Assembly (NCBI GenBank): GCA_963758915.1
Contig: CAVWXH010000008.1
Span: forward strand, 9,962-73,961
Direction: 5' to 3'
DNA length: 64,000 nucleotides
Source of the DNA: an uncultured Methanomicrobiales archaeon
GTDB lineage: Archaea; Halobacteriota; Methanomicrobia; Methanomicrobiales; Methanospirillaceae
A model generated the notes under the pieces. It was not told where the DNA came from, ran no database searches, and was given only the letters and a program-made list of their open reading frames with translations. Made by a program: the position numbers and the translations under genes. Shown in pieces: positions 1 through 13,489 of the stretch (positions are counted from its first letter, which is position 1; each line of letters opens with the position of its first letter).

Positions 1-903
1 TTCAAAGATCAACAGGTCCCCCGGGACCGGTTCATCGATTGCCGTTCCCTGGTCGAACCGCACTGACAGTGCACTGTTAAATAACCATGACTGGAACGCG
101 GATACAAACATCGAGAGCAGTTTCGGAGGCAGGACTTTCAGGGCACCCTTATAGTCATCGGGGCGGTTAATGAGGTGATGGAGCATCGAACGCTCGTAGG
201 ACATCGAGACCGGAAGGCGGTGGAGCGCTTCACGGGTGTCCCGCGTCTCGTAAAATATCGTCCTGGTTGCACGGTTCTCTTCCGGTTCATCAGGAAATGA
301 CTGGCCGATATAGGTCATAACGGCACCTTCATAGTCATTTTTGAGGATCATTTCACCGATACGGTGAGTGAGTGGACGGATGACACCGAACCGCTGTACC
401 CCGTAATAATTGGGGAGACCGGCAGAGGTAGTTCCGGTAACCGACTGTAACTGTCCTTCAATATCTTCCCCTGATAACTCCCTGATTGTGATATCGAACC
501 TGTTCCCTTTCAGGCTGCCGAGAGACAGGGGGAACTGGGAGCGGCCAAGCACTTCGAGCGTGATATCTTTCAGCCTGACATCGGCTATCTGTGCAGGTGT
601 TATTTCATAGAGTGATATCAGCTGGCTCGTCACTGCGTGCCTGTCTTTCGTGCCACCCCACCCGATACGGCGGTGACTGATACCAAGTCGTTTTGCCAGT
701 TCCTTTACTGCGTGCTGGAGTTCCCAGTCTTTCTTGGTGAGTTTACAGATAAGGTACGGCCCCGAATCCCCAACGGCAACCGGGATCTCCTCGACCAAAA
801 AATCTTCAGCGGTAGAACGGAGTTTTCCCCCGATACCTGCGGTATCACTCGAATAATAGCGCATCCCGAGCTCCTGCTCGAGTGGAAACGGGCTTAGTCT
901 CAT
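1..903 (-). CDS. truD: tRNA pseudouridine(13) synthase TruD (C-terminus runs off window start)
   Basis: Not in ORF track. Manual translation gives MRLSPFPLEQELGMRYY..GGKLRSTAEDFLVEE, GTKDRHAVTSQ and GLPNYYGVQRFG motifs. ATG overlaps the pth2 stop (ATGA). Confidence 0.92.
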   Translation of the reverse strand, partial: MRLSPFPLEQELGMRYYSSDTAGIGGKLRSTAEDFLVEEIPVAVGDSGPYLICKLTKKDWELQHAVKELAKRLGISHRRIGWGGTKDRHAVTSQLISLYEITPAQIADVRLKDITLEVLGRSQFPLSLGSLKGNRFDITIRELSGEDIEGQLQSVTGTTSAGLPNYYGVQRFGVIRPLTHRIGEMILKNDYEGAVMTYIGQSFPDEPEENRATRTIFYETRDTREALHRLPVSMSYERSMLHHLINRPDDYKGALKVLPPKLLSMFVSAFQSWLFNSALSVRFDQGTAIDEPVPGDLLIFE

Positions 904-1262
904 AGGAGGGAAAGGTCTCCTGTCAGTTTGTCGAGGGCTTCGGCTTTCGCAGGTCCAAGCCCGAGGGCGGTGACGGTACCGGGTGCAATTTCGGTGAGAC
1001 CTGCGTCCTGGACGAGAGCGGCGGCGATACCTGCGTTTTCCGCCAGTACTTTAAGTTCAAAGAGCGGGCGTTCCCCGGCGACTTTCAGAACTACTTTTTT
1101 CTGGCCTTCAGAGAACCACCCTTTTCTTGCATTACTGTCAGCACGCTCATAGGCCAGTATTACCGCATGACCAACCTGTGCACACATTTTACCACAGCTC
1201 ATCTTCAGGTCTGACCTGATTACCAGGCACTGCTTCCACTTAAATTCCGGTCCATCAGCCAT
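900..1262 (-). CDS. pth2: Peptidyl-tRNA hydrolase Pth2 (archaeal type)
   Basis: KQCLVIRSDLKMSCGKMCAQVGHA, GQKKVVLK, DAGLTEIAPGTVTALGLGP motifs; start moved to MADGPEF. Confidence 0.93.
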   Translation of the reverse strand: MADGPEFKWKQCLVIRSDLKMSCGKMCAQVGHAVILAYERADSNARKGWFSEGQKKVVLKVAGERPLFELKVLAENAGIAAALVQDAGLTEIAPGTVTALGLGPAKAEALDKLTGDLSLL

Positions 1263-1369
1263 TGTCAGTACATGGGGCTGTTCACCCAAATATATGCGTG
1301 ACACTTACCGGGGATATCGGACACATCGTCCACAGCTTGATACTATTTCCGGCCATTGTACTATTCAGG

Positions 1370-2554
1370 ATGAACAACCGTGGGGCCCGACGACAGCCTG
1401 AGTATGATGTTGTTGTTGTCGGTGCCGGTCCGGTGGGGTGTGCAGCCGCTCTTGCCTGCGCGGAATACGGGCTTTCAACGCTCTGTATAGAGGAGCACGG
1501 GACGATCGGGCACCCGGTGCAGTGTGCAGGACTCCTGTCACAGAATGCCTTTCGTGAATGTGAGGTCTCCGAAAAATCCGTGTTGAACGAGGTATCAGGT
1601 GCAGATGTGTCGTCTGATTCCGGTAACCACCTCCTTATCGATGCGGGTGTCACAAAAGCGTACGTGGTTGACCGTGGCATTCTCGACCGTGAGATGGCAG
1701 AACGTGCCGCGCTGGCAGGTGCTGAGTTCCGTTTAAAGACCGCGGTGTTCCGCATGGACGAAAACCTGCTCTTCACCCGAGGGATTGATGGTCACCAGGA
1801 AGTCTGGTACAAGGTCCTGATCGCTGCAGACGGCCCGAGGAGCACGATTGCCCGGCTACGTGGTATGAAAAGGGCCGGGTTCTACCTGGCAGGGATCCAG
1901 TCCGAGATCAAGTACGAAAGCGACCCCCGTTTTGTCGGTGTGTACCCTGATGCTTCACCAGAATTCTTCGCGTGGCGGATCCCTATCGACAGGAAAAGGG
2001 CAAGAATTGGTCTTGCCGGGATGACTCGTGTCAAAGAAAAATTCCATTCATTTTCACAACGGTTCAATGGCCCCAGCCTGGACTTCGTACCTGGTACGAT
2101 ACCCATCGGTGTCATGCCTGTTACCTACGGTGGCCGGGTCATGTATGTCGGTGACGCCGGTGGATTTGCCAAACCAACCTCCGGTGGAGGCGTGTACACC
2201 GGGATCAGGACTGCCCGGCACGCGGCGGCAACGGCACAGTATTGTATAGAAAACAGGGTCTTCGATGATACCTCCCTCTCCCGGTACGAACAACTATGGA
2301 AACGGGACATTGGAAAAGAGCTCGAACGGGGGCTGATGATGTTTCGCATGAGACAGACACTTGGGCCGGTTGAGACCGATCGCCTGGTCAGGGCGTTGTC
2401 AGATCCTGAGATCCTTGATAGTATCAGGCAGTACGGGGACATGGACCGGCCGGCAAGGTTAGTGAAAGAGCTTTTTAAAAAGCCTGCATTATACCGGCAG
2501 ACAGGGATGCTGATACGTTGTGGGATCAGGATGTTTACCGGGTATAACGTATAG
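1370..2554 (+). CDS. Geranylgeranyl reductase family FAD-dependent oxidoreductase
   Basis: GAGPVG FAD motif, PVQCAG, ADG, GDAGGFAKPTSGGGVY. Confidence 0.85.
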   Translation: MNNRGARRQPEYDVVVVGAGPVGCAAALACAEYGLSTLCIEEHGTIGHPVQCAGLLSQNAFRECEVSEKSVLNEVSGADVSSDSGNHLLIDAGVTKAYVVDRGILDREMAERAALAGAEFRLKTAVFRMDENLLFTRGIDGHQEVWYKVLIAADGPRSTIARLRGMKRAGFYLAGIQSEIKYESDPRFVGVYPDASPEFFAWRIPIDRKRARIGLAGMTRVKEKFHSFSQRFNGPSLDFVPGTIPIGVMPVTYGGRVMYVGDAGGFAKPTSGGGVYTGIRTARHAAATAQYCIENRVFDDTSLSRYEQLWKRDIGKELERGLMMFRMRQTLGPVETDRLVRALSDPEILDSIRQYGDMDRPARLVKELFKKPALYRQTGMLIRCGIRMFTGYNV

Positions 2555-2739
2555 CGACATCAGCAGCCTGCCAGACGTTTTTTTTGGTAACCCTCTATTT
2601 CCTCAAACATCTAAGGAATGAAGGGTTCTGGATAATTATTAAAAAACGAATACGTTCAGGACAACATGTACAATAAAATGCTATTCTTATCGAAAACTAC
2701 AAGATGTGCCAGTTCCGATCACTGGTACGAGGACTTGAT

Positions 2740-3162
2740 ATGACGAGTGAAAATGAGCTCATGCGCATCGGGATATCCCTGCCAAAGAACCTGCTTGACA
2801 AGTTTGATGAAATTATCAATTACCGTGGATATTCATCACGCTCCGAAGGGATCCGGGATGCGATCAGAAGTTACATCACACATTACAAATGGATGTCCGA
2901 TGTGAAGGGAGAGCGGCAGGGGGTTATCACAATGATTTACGACCATGAGCAGCGCGGGCTTCTGACTACCCTGACTGATATCCAGCACGAATTCATGTCA
3001 ATCGTACAGGCATCCCTGCATTCTCATGTTACGCATGGTCGCTGTCTTGAAGTAATACTCGTGAGGGGGGACGGTTCCCAGCTGAAGACTCTCGCCGAAC
3101 GGCTGATGTCACAGAAAGGAGTGGAATCTGTAAAATTAACGACAATCATGGTAGGGGAATAA
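2740..3162 (+). CDS. nikR: Nickel-responsive regulator NikR
   Basis: RHH N-terminus RIGISLP..SRSEGIRDAIR; HxH..C Ni site (LHSHVTHGRCLE). Confidence 0.95.
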   Translation: MTSENELMRIGISLPKNLLDKFDEIINYRGYSSRSEGIRDAIRSYITHYKWMSDVKGERQGVITMIYDHEQRGLLTTLTDIQHEFMSIVQASLHSHVTHGRCLEVILVRGDGSQLKTLAERLMSQKGVESVKLTTIMVGE

Positions 3163-3339
3163 TTTTTTCCGGAACAATTCTATGCCGCTGGTCCCTGGTC
3201 GTTTGAACATAGTATTTGCCCCTGCTGGCGATAATGTTTTCATCATGGTACATGGAAAAATCAGGTTTTCAATTAATAAGTGCGAATATTTTTGAATACT
3301 ATCGTCATAAAATTCCAAAACAAAAACTATTATACATCA

Positions 3340-3373
3340 AAAGTATTACTAATTAATAATAAAGTAATACTTT
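3340..3373. promoter_or_regulatory. Putative NikR operator
   Basis: Perfect 10-bp inverted repeat AAAGTATTAC..GTAATACTTT (GTATTA-N16-TAATAC) ending 11 nt before the nikM start. Confidence 0.8.
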
Positions 3374-3384
3374 GGTGAACAAAC

Positions 3385-4038
3385 GTGCACATACCTGATG
3401 CATTTATTCCGATATGGCAGGGCGCAATATACTGGGCGATCGCCCTGGTCTTTGTGTACCTCTCATTACGGTGGGCAAAGAACGAGCTCAACGAGGAAAA
3501 ACTACCCCTTGTTGCGGTACTGGCGGCGGGGATTTTCGCGCTCCAGTCCTTTAACCTTCCTGTTTCGATGGGCACAAGCGGACACCTGGTGGGCGGGGCG
3601 CTTGTTGCAATTATCCTTGGTTCCCCGTTTGCCGCGGTATTCATCCTGACGCTGGTTCTGATTGTCCAGGGTATCATGTTTGGCGATGGTGGGATCACGA
3701 CGATGGGCGTGAATATTCTCAACATGGGTGTAGTCGGTGGCTTTGTGGGTTTCTATAGTTTCAAAGGACTGAAGGCTGTTACGGGAAGTTTGCCTGTTTC
3801 TGCATTTATCGCAGCATGGCTGGCCTGCGTGATTCCGGCACTCTGCGCCGCGGTTGAACTCTGGATTGCAGGGACCTTCCCGCTCGAGACCGGCCTGGTT
3901 GCGATGGGGTTGTACCATGCCGTTATCGGGGTGGTTGAGGGGGTCATCACGGTTGCTGCAATATACCTGATTGTAAGTGTGAGACCTGACATGGTGGACA
4001 AAGGTGTATTGCCTGCGAAGGCAGGTGCTGTCGCATGA
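3385..4038 (+). CDS. nikM: ECF Ni/Co transporter S component (NikM/CbiM)
   Basis: N-terminal MHIPD, GTSGHLVGG, FGDGG motifs. Confidence 0.9.
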   Translation: MHIPDAFIPIWQGAIYWAIALVFVYLSLRWAKNELNEEKLPLVAVLAAGIFALQSFNLPVSMGTSGHLVGGALVAIILGSPFAAVFILTLVLIVQGIMFGDGGITTMGVNILNMGVVGGFVGFYSFKGLKAVTGSLPVSAFIAAWLACVIPALCAAVELWIAGTFPLETGLVAMGLYHAVIGVVEGVITVAAIYLIVSVRPDMVDKGVLPAKAGAVA

Positions 4039-4394
4039 TCGACAATAAAACCTTAATTGCTGGCGGACTTATCATTGCTATCCTCATCGGGGTTGTTGCA
4101 GTGTTCCTAGCCTCAAGTGACCCGGATGGCCTGGATAGTACAGCTCTTGTTGTGCAGGGGCAGAAAGCACTTACAGGCCCTACACCTCCTGATGCAGAAA
4201 TAGAAGAGAGTATAGAGGGGAAGTTCGCATATTCAGCCCCGATGCCGGATTATTCTCTTGGCGAAGAGAGTGGTCACGGTGGAGGAATCCTTGCAATAGT
4301 GGGCGGGACACTCCTGGCATTCCTCGTTGCAATTGGCCTGATATTCGCATTAAAGGTCGCAGGTAAGAAAAGTCCGCCAAAGGCAAACCAATAG
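4035..4394 (+). CDS. PDGLE-domain accessory subunit (NikN-like)
   Basis: ASSDPDGLD motif, PMPDY, two TM helices, operon context. Confidence 0.85.
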   Translation: MIDNKTLIAGGLIIAILIGVVAVFLASSDPDGLDSTALVVQGQKALTGPTPPDAEIEESIEGKFAYSAPMPDYSLGEESGHGGGILAIVGGTLLAFLVAIGLIFALKVAGKKSPPKANQ

Positions 4395-4428
4395 ACATTT
4401 AATTTTTACAACCCAATTCTGTTGACTC

Positions 4429-5262
4429 ATGCATCTCATCGAAACCCGCGATCTCTGTTATACGTATCCCGGCAATGTCACTGCACTGCACCATGTCAAT
4501 TTTATCGCCCCGCGTAAAGCACGTATCGCCGTAATAGGGTCCAATGGTGCGGGTAAGAGTACACTGTTCAAACATTTTAACGGGATTTTTAAGCCGACAT
4601 CGGGATCGGTGTTAGTCCAGGGTGAACCCATTACCAGGGAAAATATCCGTAACGTCCGAAAATTTGTCGGGATTGTATTCCAGAACCCCGATGACCAGAT
4701 CTTTTCTCCAACGGTCGAACAGGATGTTGCGTTCGGCCCCACCAACCTGGGCCTTGATGAGGAGACTGTTCAGCACCGTGTTGAGGAAGCACTCCATATT
4801 GTTGGTATTGAACACCTTGCAAACCGTGTCCCCCATCACCTGAGTGGTGGTGAAAAGAAAAGGGTCGCAATTGCCGGTGTTGTGGCAATGGAACCACAGG
4901 TACTGGTACTCGATGAACCCACTGCAGGACTTGACCCCCAGGGTGTGCGTGATTTTAACAATTTTTGTAACTCCCTTTCGCAAAAGTACGGGCTCACCGT
5001 GATTTTCTCAACTCACGATGTATCGCTGGTACCTGAAATCGCAGATTATGTGTATGTAATGAACAAGGGATCCGTTATGGCATCAGGCACTGTCGAGGAG
5101 ATCTTCGTGCAGATGGAGATGCTCCAGTCAGTCCGGCTCGACGTGCCGGTATTACCAAAATTAATCCGCTCTCTCCAGGAACATGGCGTTGATATAAACA
5201 TGGGATATACCTTCGAAGAAGTGGAAAAGGTATTCCTCGAGGCATTCGGGAAGAGGGCATGA
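4429..5262 (+). CDS. cbiO: ECF transporter ATPase (NikO/CbiO)
   Basis: GSNGAGKST, FQNPDDQ, LSGGEKKR, LDEP. Confidence 0.92.
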   Translation: MHLIETRDLCYTYPGNVTALHHVNFIAPRKARIAVIGSNGAGKSTLFKHFNGIFKPTSGSVLVQGEPITRENIRNVRKFVGIVFQNPDDQIFSPTVEQDVAFGPTNLGLDEETVQHRVEEALHIVGIEHLANRVPHHLSGGEKKRVAIAGVVAMEPQVLVLDEPTAGLDPQGVRDFNNFCNSLSQKYGLTVIFSTHDVSLVPEIADYVYVMNKGSVMASGTVEEIFVQMEMLQSVRLDVPVLPKLIRSLQEHGVDINMGYTFEEVEKVFLEAFGKRA

Positions 5263-6086
5263 TCGAAGAACTTTTTGATATTGAGCGATATGCATACCGG
5301 GATAGCAGTATCCACCGCCTTGATGCCAGGGTCAAGATAATCGTGGTATTTGCCACCATTATCGCGATGGTATCGATACCCTATTCTCCTGTTGTACTCA
5401 CGGTCGGTGCAATTTTTTTTATTTTTTTTGCCCTGCTCTGGGCGCTCACCCGGTTATCACCCATGGTATACCTCAAACGGGCGATGTTGATCGTTCCCCT
5501 CTGGGGTATCGTGATCCTGTTCCAGATATTTCTGAAAAATCCTTATTATACCGTGTACACCCCTGTTGTTGTCCTGCCGTTCGGGATCACTATCTATGCA
5601 GAATCTATCCAGTTTGCATGGATACTCTTTGTAAAATTCATCATTACCATATCATTCATAATCCTCCTCTCATCGACGACCAAGGTACAGGACATGCTTG
5701 ACGGGGGACGAAGGCTCGGGCTTCCAACAGAATTTGCCCTTGCCCTTGGTATGATGATCCGCTACCTGTTTGTCTTTGGCTACATGTACAGAAAGATCGT
5801 CCAGACGCTAGAGAGTAAAGCGTTCGATCCATTTGACCGGAACCTGCCTTACCGCTACCGGATGCGCCAGATTGGGTATACAATCGGGACCATGTTTGTC
5901 AGGTCATACGAGCAGGGGGAACGTGTCTATACGAGCATGCTCTGCCGGGGATATGGCAGGAACAGCCAACTCTTTTTAAAGAAAAAAGGGTTTAAACCCT
6001 CTGAATGGACATTCCTTCTAATTTCACTTGGATTTATTATTATTATCCCGGTCATGGCCTGGCTGAAGCAGGTATCCTGGTTCTGA
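5259..6086 (+). CDS. cbiQ: ECF transporter T component (NikQ/CbiQ)
   Basis: HRLDARVK, RSYEQGERVYTSMLCRGY. Confidence 0.92.
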   Translation: MIEELFDIERYAYRDSSIHRLDARVKIIVVFATIIAMVSIPYSPVVLTVGAIFFIFFALLWALTRLSPMVYLKRAMLIVPLWGIVILFQIFLKNPYYTVYTPVVVLPFGITIYAESIQFAWILFVKFIITISFIILLSSTTKVQDMLDGGRRLGLPTEFALALGMMIRYLFVFGYMYRKIVQTLESKAFDPFDRNLPYRYRMRQIGYTIGTMFVRSYEQGERVYTSMLCRGYGRNSQLFLKKKGFKPSEWTFLLISLGFIIIIPVMAWLKQVSWF

Positions 6087-6131
6087 ATGGAAGCGGGAGT
6101 TTTTTAATCCCCGTCCTGTATATCCTATATC

Positions 6132-6440
6132 ATGGAAAGCAGATTTGGTCGCGGGTTTATCGTCAACCTGTCATTGATAACCAGGCATTTTGCATTACCA
6201 CCTGAACAGGCATGGCCAGGGGTGGCAGACCACCTGGATGAAATGGCCCTTCCGCAGTCATTCAGGGGGACTGAAGTGGAACAGCTGGTCGAGAGCCTCA
6301 GGAAGCATATCATCTGGCATGTCCCGGGTACCACGGACAAGGAAGATGCAAAAGAAGTCAACCGGATCCTGAACCGTCTTGCCGTGGAGATTGACAGGAA
6401 TCTCGGGATAAAAGATGCGGAACTAGGCGAGTTTCACTAA
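6132..6440 (+). CDS. Hypothetical protein (102 aa)
   Basis: ATG start, protein-like composition, fills the gap before gyrB. Confidence 0.75.
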   Translation: MESRFGRGFIVNLSLITRHFALPPEQAWPGVADHLDEMALPQSFRGTEVEQLVESLRKHIIWHVPGTTDKEDAKEVNRILNRLAVEIDRNLGIKDAELGEFH

Positions 6441-6540
6441 TCCGGGTCACGAGCACTCATCAGGATTAAGTGTTGAAACAACCATTTACTATATGTGATT
6501 GACGATCTGTTTACTGAAGAGTTTTTTTTTGTGGGGGTAA

Positions 6541-10978
<4,438 letters not shown>

Positions 10979-10988
10979 CCCTCACCTA

Positions 10989-10997
10989 TTTTTTTTT
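10989..10997 (+). terminator. Oligo-T archaeal terminator after gyrA
   Basis: T9 tract 10 nt after the stop codon. Confidence 0.5.
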
Positions 10998-11006
10998 GAA
11001 TTTTTC

Positions 11007-11269
11007 GGCTTTGTTGAAACCCTTAGGTGATATAAAAAAATAAGAGGGAAATATGAAGACAGGAGGGGGTTTCACCCCCCCTGCCCCACCCACGATAAGA
11101 TATTCATTGGCAGGGTTTAATTTGGGCATTCAATGAAATTTCAGAGATTTGGAGATCATTCCTTATCCCAACCGAAGTCGTCAAAGCGGCGGGGCGGAGC
11201 CCGGGGAACGTGACGAATATTGGAATAACCGAATCCGCTAGATAGATTTGAGGGCATTTCAACAAAACT
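11007..11269 (+). mobile_element. MITE-like repeat, copy 1
   Basis: Left TIR GGCTTTGTTGAAA, right TTTCAACAAAACT; internal GGGGGTTTCACCCCC and CGGGGCGGAGCCCG; 5' ~90 nt nearly identical to copy 2. Confidence 0.85.
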
Positions 11270-11425
11270 TAAAAACAAGGAATACACAAGCCCGGATGAT
11301 GGATAATTTTTGCATTCCCGAAGATAGCAGGCCAGCCACCATCCCGATCACTGGCTTTTCCATGATACCTGGTTTTCCTGTTTCTGACAGGCGGATTTAT
11401 GTGTAAAGGGGTTGACCACCTGATA

Positions 11426-11944
11426 ATGTCGTCAGTAGATGGTTTCACACCGTACCTGTTTATGTTAATCACTCTGGCAGGTGCCGGTGTGCAGATTTTT
11501 CAGAAGCGGAATACCATTACACGGTCCGGGTTGGCTGAAATACTATTGGTATGGTTTTTTTTTATCGAGCTCGGGGTAGTAGGTATCTGGTCCTTTATTG
11601 CCCACACCGTATTCGCAGCACAGGTTGCGGTAAGCATCGGCTGGCTGGCAGGAAATCCGTTTCAGCAGGAAGTTGCGGTTACAAATCTTGCAATCGGGGT
11701 CCTTGGCCTTCTCTCGGTCAGGATGAACCAGTCTTTCCGTCTGGCGACAATTATTTCTTTCTCAATATTCATGATAGGGGCCGGGATTGGACATGTCTAC
11801 CAGCTGGTAGTCTTCAACGACACGGCGATTAACAATGCCGGGGCAGTTATGTACCTTGATTTTATCGTACCGGTTATCATGGTTATCCTTTATATCATCA
11901 GGTATGAAAAAGGCCCGGGAGATTCATCTTCTCCAAATCCCTAA
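11426..11944 (+). CDS. Membrane protein (DUF6790-like)
   Basis: Several TM helices; H..F...VA.SIGW..GNPFQQEVA..NLAIG motif. Confidence 0.75.
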   Translation: MSSVDGFTPYLFMLITLAGAGVQIFQKRNTITRSGLAEILLVWFFFIELGVVGIWSFIAHTVFAAQVAVSIGWLAGNPFQQEVAVTNLAIGVLGLLSVRMNQSFRLATIISFSIFMIGAGIGHVYQLVVFNDTAINNAGAVMYLDFIVPVIMVILYIIRYEKGPGDSSSPNP

Positions 11945-12115
11945 ATTTTGTCTGATTGCCCTGAACAGGATTTTATATTCTTCTGTCCTTCTCTGACATT
12001 ATTTACACCACCTAGTTAACCTGCCATTATCAGTGGCATTCGTTTTTTTCAAGGGTAAAATCTTTTCATATGGACAATGGTAACCGTTATCTCGTCCTGC
12101 AAAAAAGAATGGAAT

Positions 12116-12535
12116 ATGTTCCAGAAGACATTAGAGTTCCAGACACATGGTGAAGGGGAGATGGTGAATATAACCCCCGGTGTGGAAAAAACGTTACATG
12201 AGAGCGGTGTGATGAATGGTCTGGCCCATATCTTTGTGACCGGTTCCACAGCAGCGGTGACAACCATCGAATACGAAGAGGGTGTCCTCGGGGATTTCAG
12301 GAGGGCCCTTTCGGTCCTTGCACCAGACACTATACCGTATGATCATAATACCCGGTGGGGTGACGGGAATGGAAGGTCCCATGTGAAAGCATCATGTATC
12401 GGCCCTTCCCTGACCGTTCCTGTTATGAATGGAGCACTCATGTGCGGGACCTGGCAGCAGGTCGTACTTGTTGAACTGGATGTAAGGTCCGGGCGCAAAA
12501 GGTCTGTAGTGGTTACCGTGGATGGAACTATGTAA
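12116..12535 (+). CDS. yjbQ: YjbQ/UPF0047 family protein
   Basis: GSTAAVTTIE, YDHN..GDGNGRSHVK, GTWQQVV. Confidence 0.9.
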   Translation: MFQKTLEFQTHGEGEMVNITPGVEKTLHESGVMNGLAHIFVTGSTAAVTTIEYEEGVLGDFRRALSVLAPDTIPYDHNTRWGDGNGRSHVKASCIGPSLTVPVMNGALMCGTWQQVVLVELDVRSGRKRSVVVTVDGTM

Positions 12536-12765
12536 ACAACATGCGGAGAAATTCATGTTTCCGGGGCCTGATCGAAAGACCCGGGATACTGCTAATCTGG
12601 TATTACCGTACCTCCTCACAGTGTTCTTGGAGCGGGTTGCGTGAATGGCGCTCTTGAATAATAACGTGGAAAAATAAAAGATATCCTGCACTCTTACCTG
12701 TCGGATCTATGCGGAAAGCCAGTTTATTCATGGCTGATAAAAAAAGAAAAAATCTGCCGGGGTGG

Positions 12766-13029
12766 TTAATCGAGCGGGATTGTCTCGAGCTGGGAAACCA
12801 GTTCCCATATCCGGGTCCTCGCATGCACGGGCATGTTGGGATCATTGCTGATTTCGTCAATTTTTGAGATGGCCTCCGCGGCACGGAGACCTATTCCCTT
12901 GTTAGGATTCGTGAGCAGCATCCTTGTCTCATCTGCGACGCGCCTGATATTTCTCGGTATTGTGTTGTCATCCATGATGTGCTGCAGCATCTGGACGCAA
13001 TTCTCTATTGTTTTTTCCGGATTAGTCAT
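12766..13029 (-). CDS. UPF0147 family protein
   Basis: [23 protein letters not shown]. Confidence 0.9.
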   Translation of the reverse strand: MTNPEKTIENCVQMLQHIMDDNTIPRNIRRVADETRMLLTNPNKGIGLRAAEAISKIDEISNDPNMPVHARTRIWELVSQLETIPLD

Positions 13030-13108
13030 GATATCACCTTCGTGAGCTTCTCTCTATTAATACTACTATCCCGCCTTATATAGTTTGATAAACCAACCTA
13101 ACAACCAG

Positions 13109-13489
13109 GTGATACCGATACCCGAGAAGAAACCCGATGATGTAATGGCAGAATACCTCCTGAAAGGGGCAAAAATGCTCGCGAAGACGTGCCCTGCCTG
13201 TGGATCGCCTATGTTCAACTACAAGGACCGGACGTTCTGCGTGATGTGTGAACTGGAAGAAGAAAAGGCAGCAGAAAAAACAAATAGGCCAATAAAGAAG
13301 CCGGTTGAACAATCAAAGGTAGAAAACCGCGTCTTATCATCAACTACCGAACTTGCATGTGCACTTGAAACAACACTGATCACGCTCTCCGAAAGGATCG
13401 CCTGCGAACCTGACCCTGACCGTTGCCTTTCCCTGATGAATACCGTGAAAAAAGGGATCGAAGCCCTGAGGCTCCTCTCTCAACCGTAA
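13109..13489 (+). CDS. SSSCA1/UPF0148 zinc-ribbon protein
   Basis: MAEYLLKGAKMLAKTCPACGSPMF..FCVMC; start uncertain (GTG). Confidence 0.85.
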   Translation: MIPIPEKKPDDVMAEYLLKGAKMLAKTCPACGSPMFNYKDRTFCVMCELEEEKAAEKTNRPIKKPVEQSKVENRVLSSTTELACALETTLITLSERIACEPDPDRCLSLMNTVKKGIEALRLLSQP

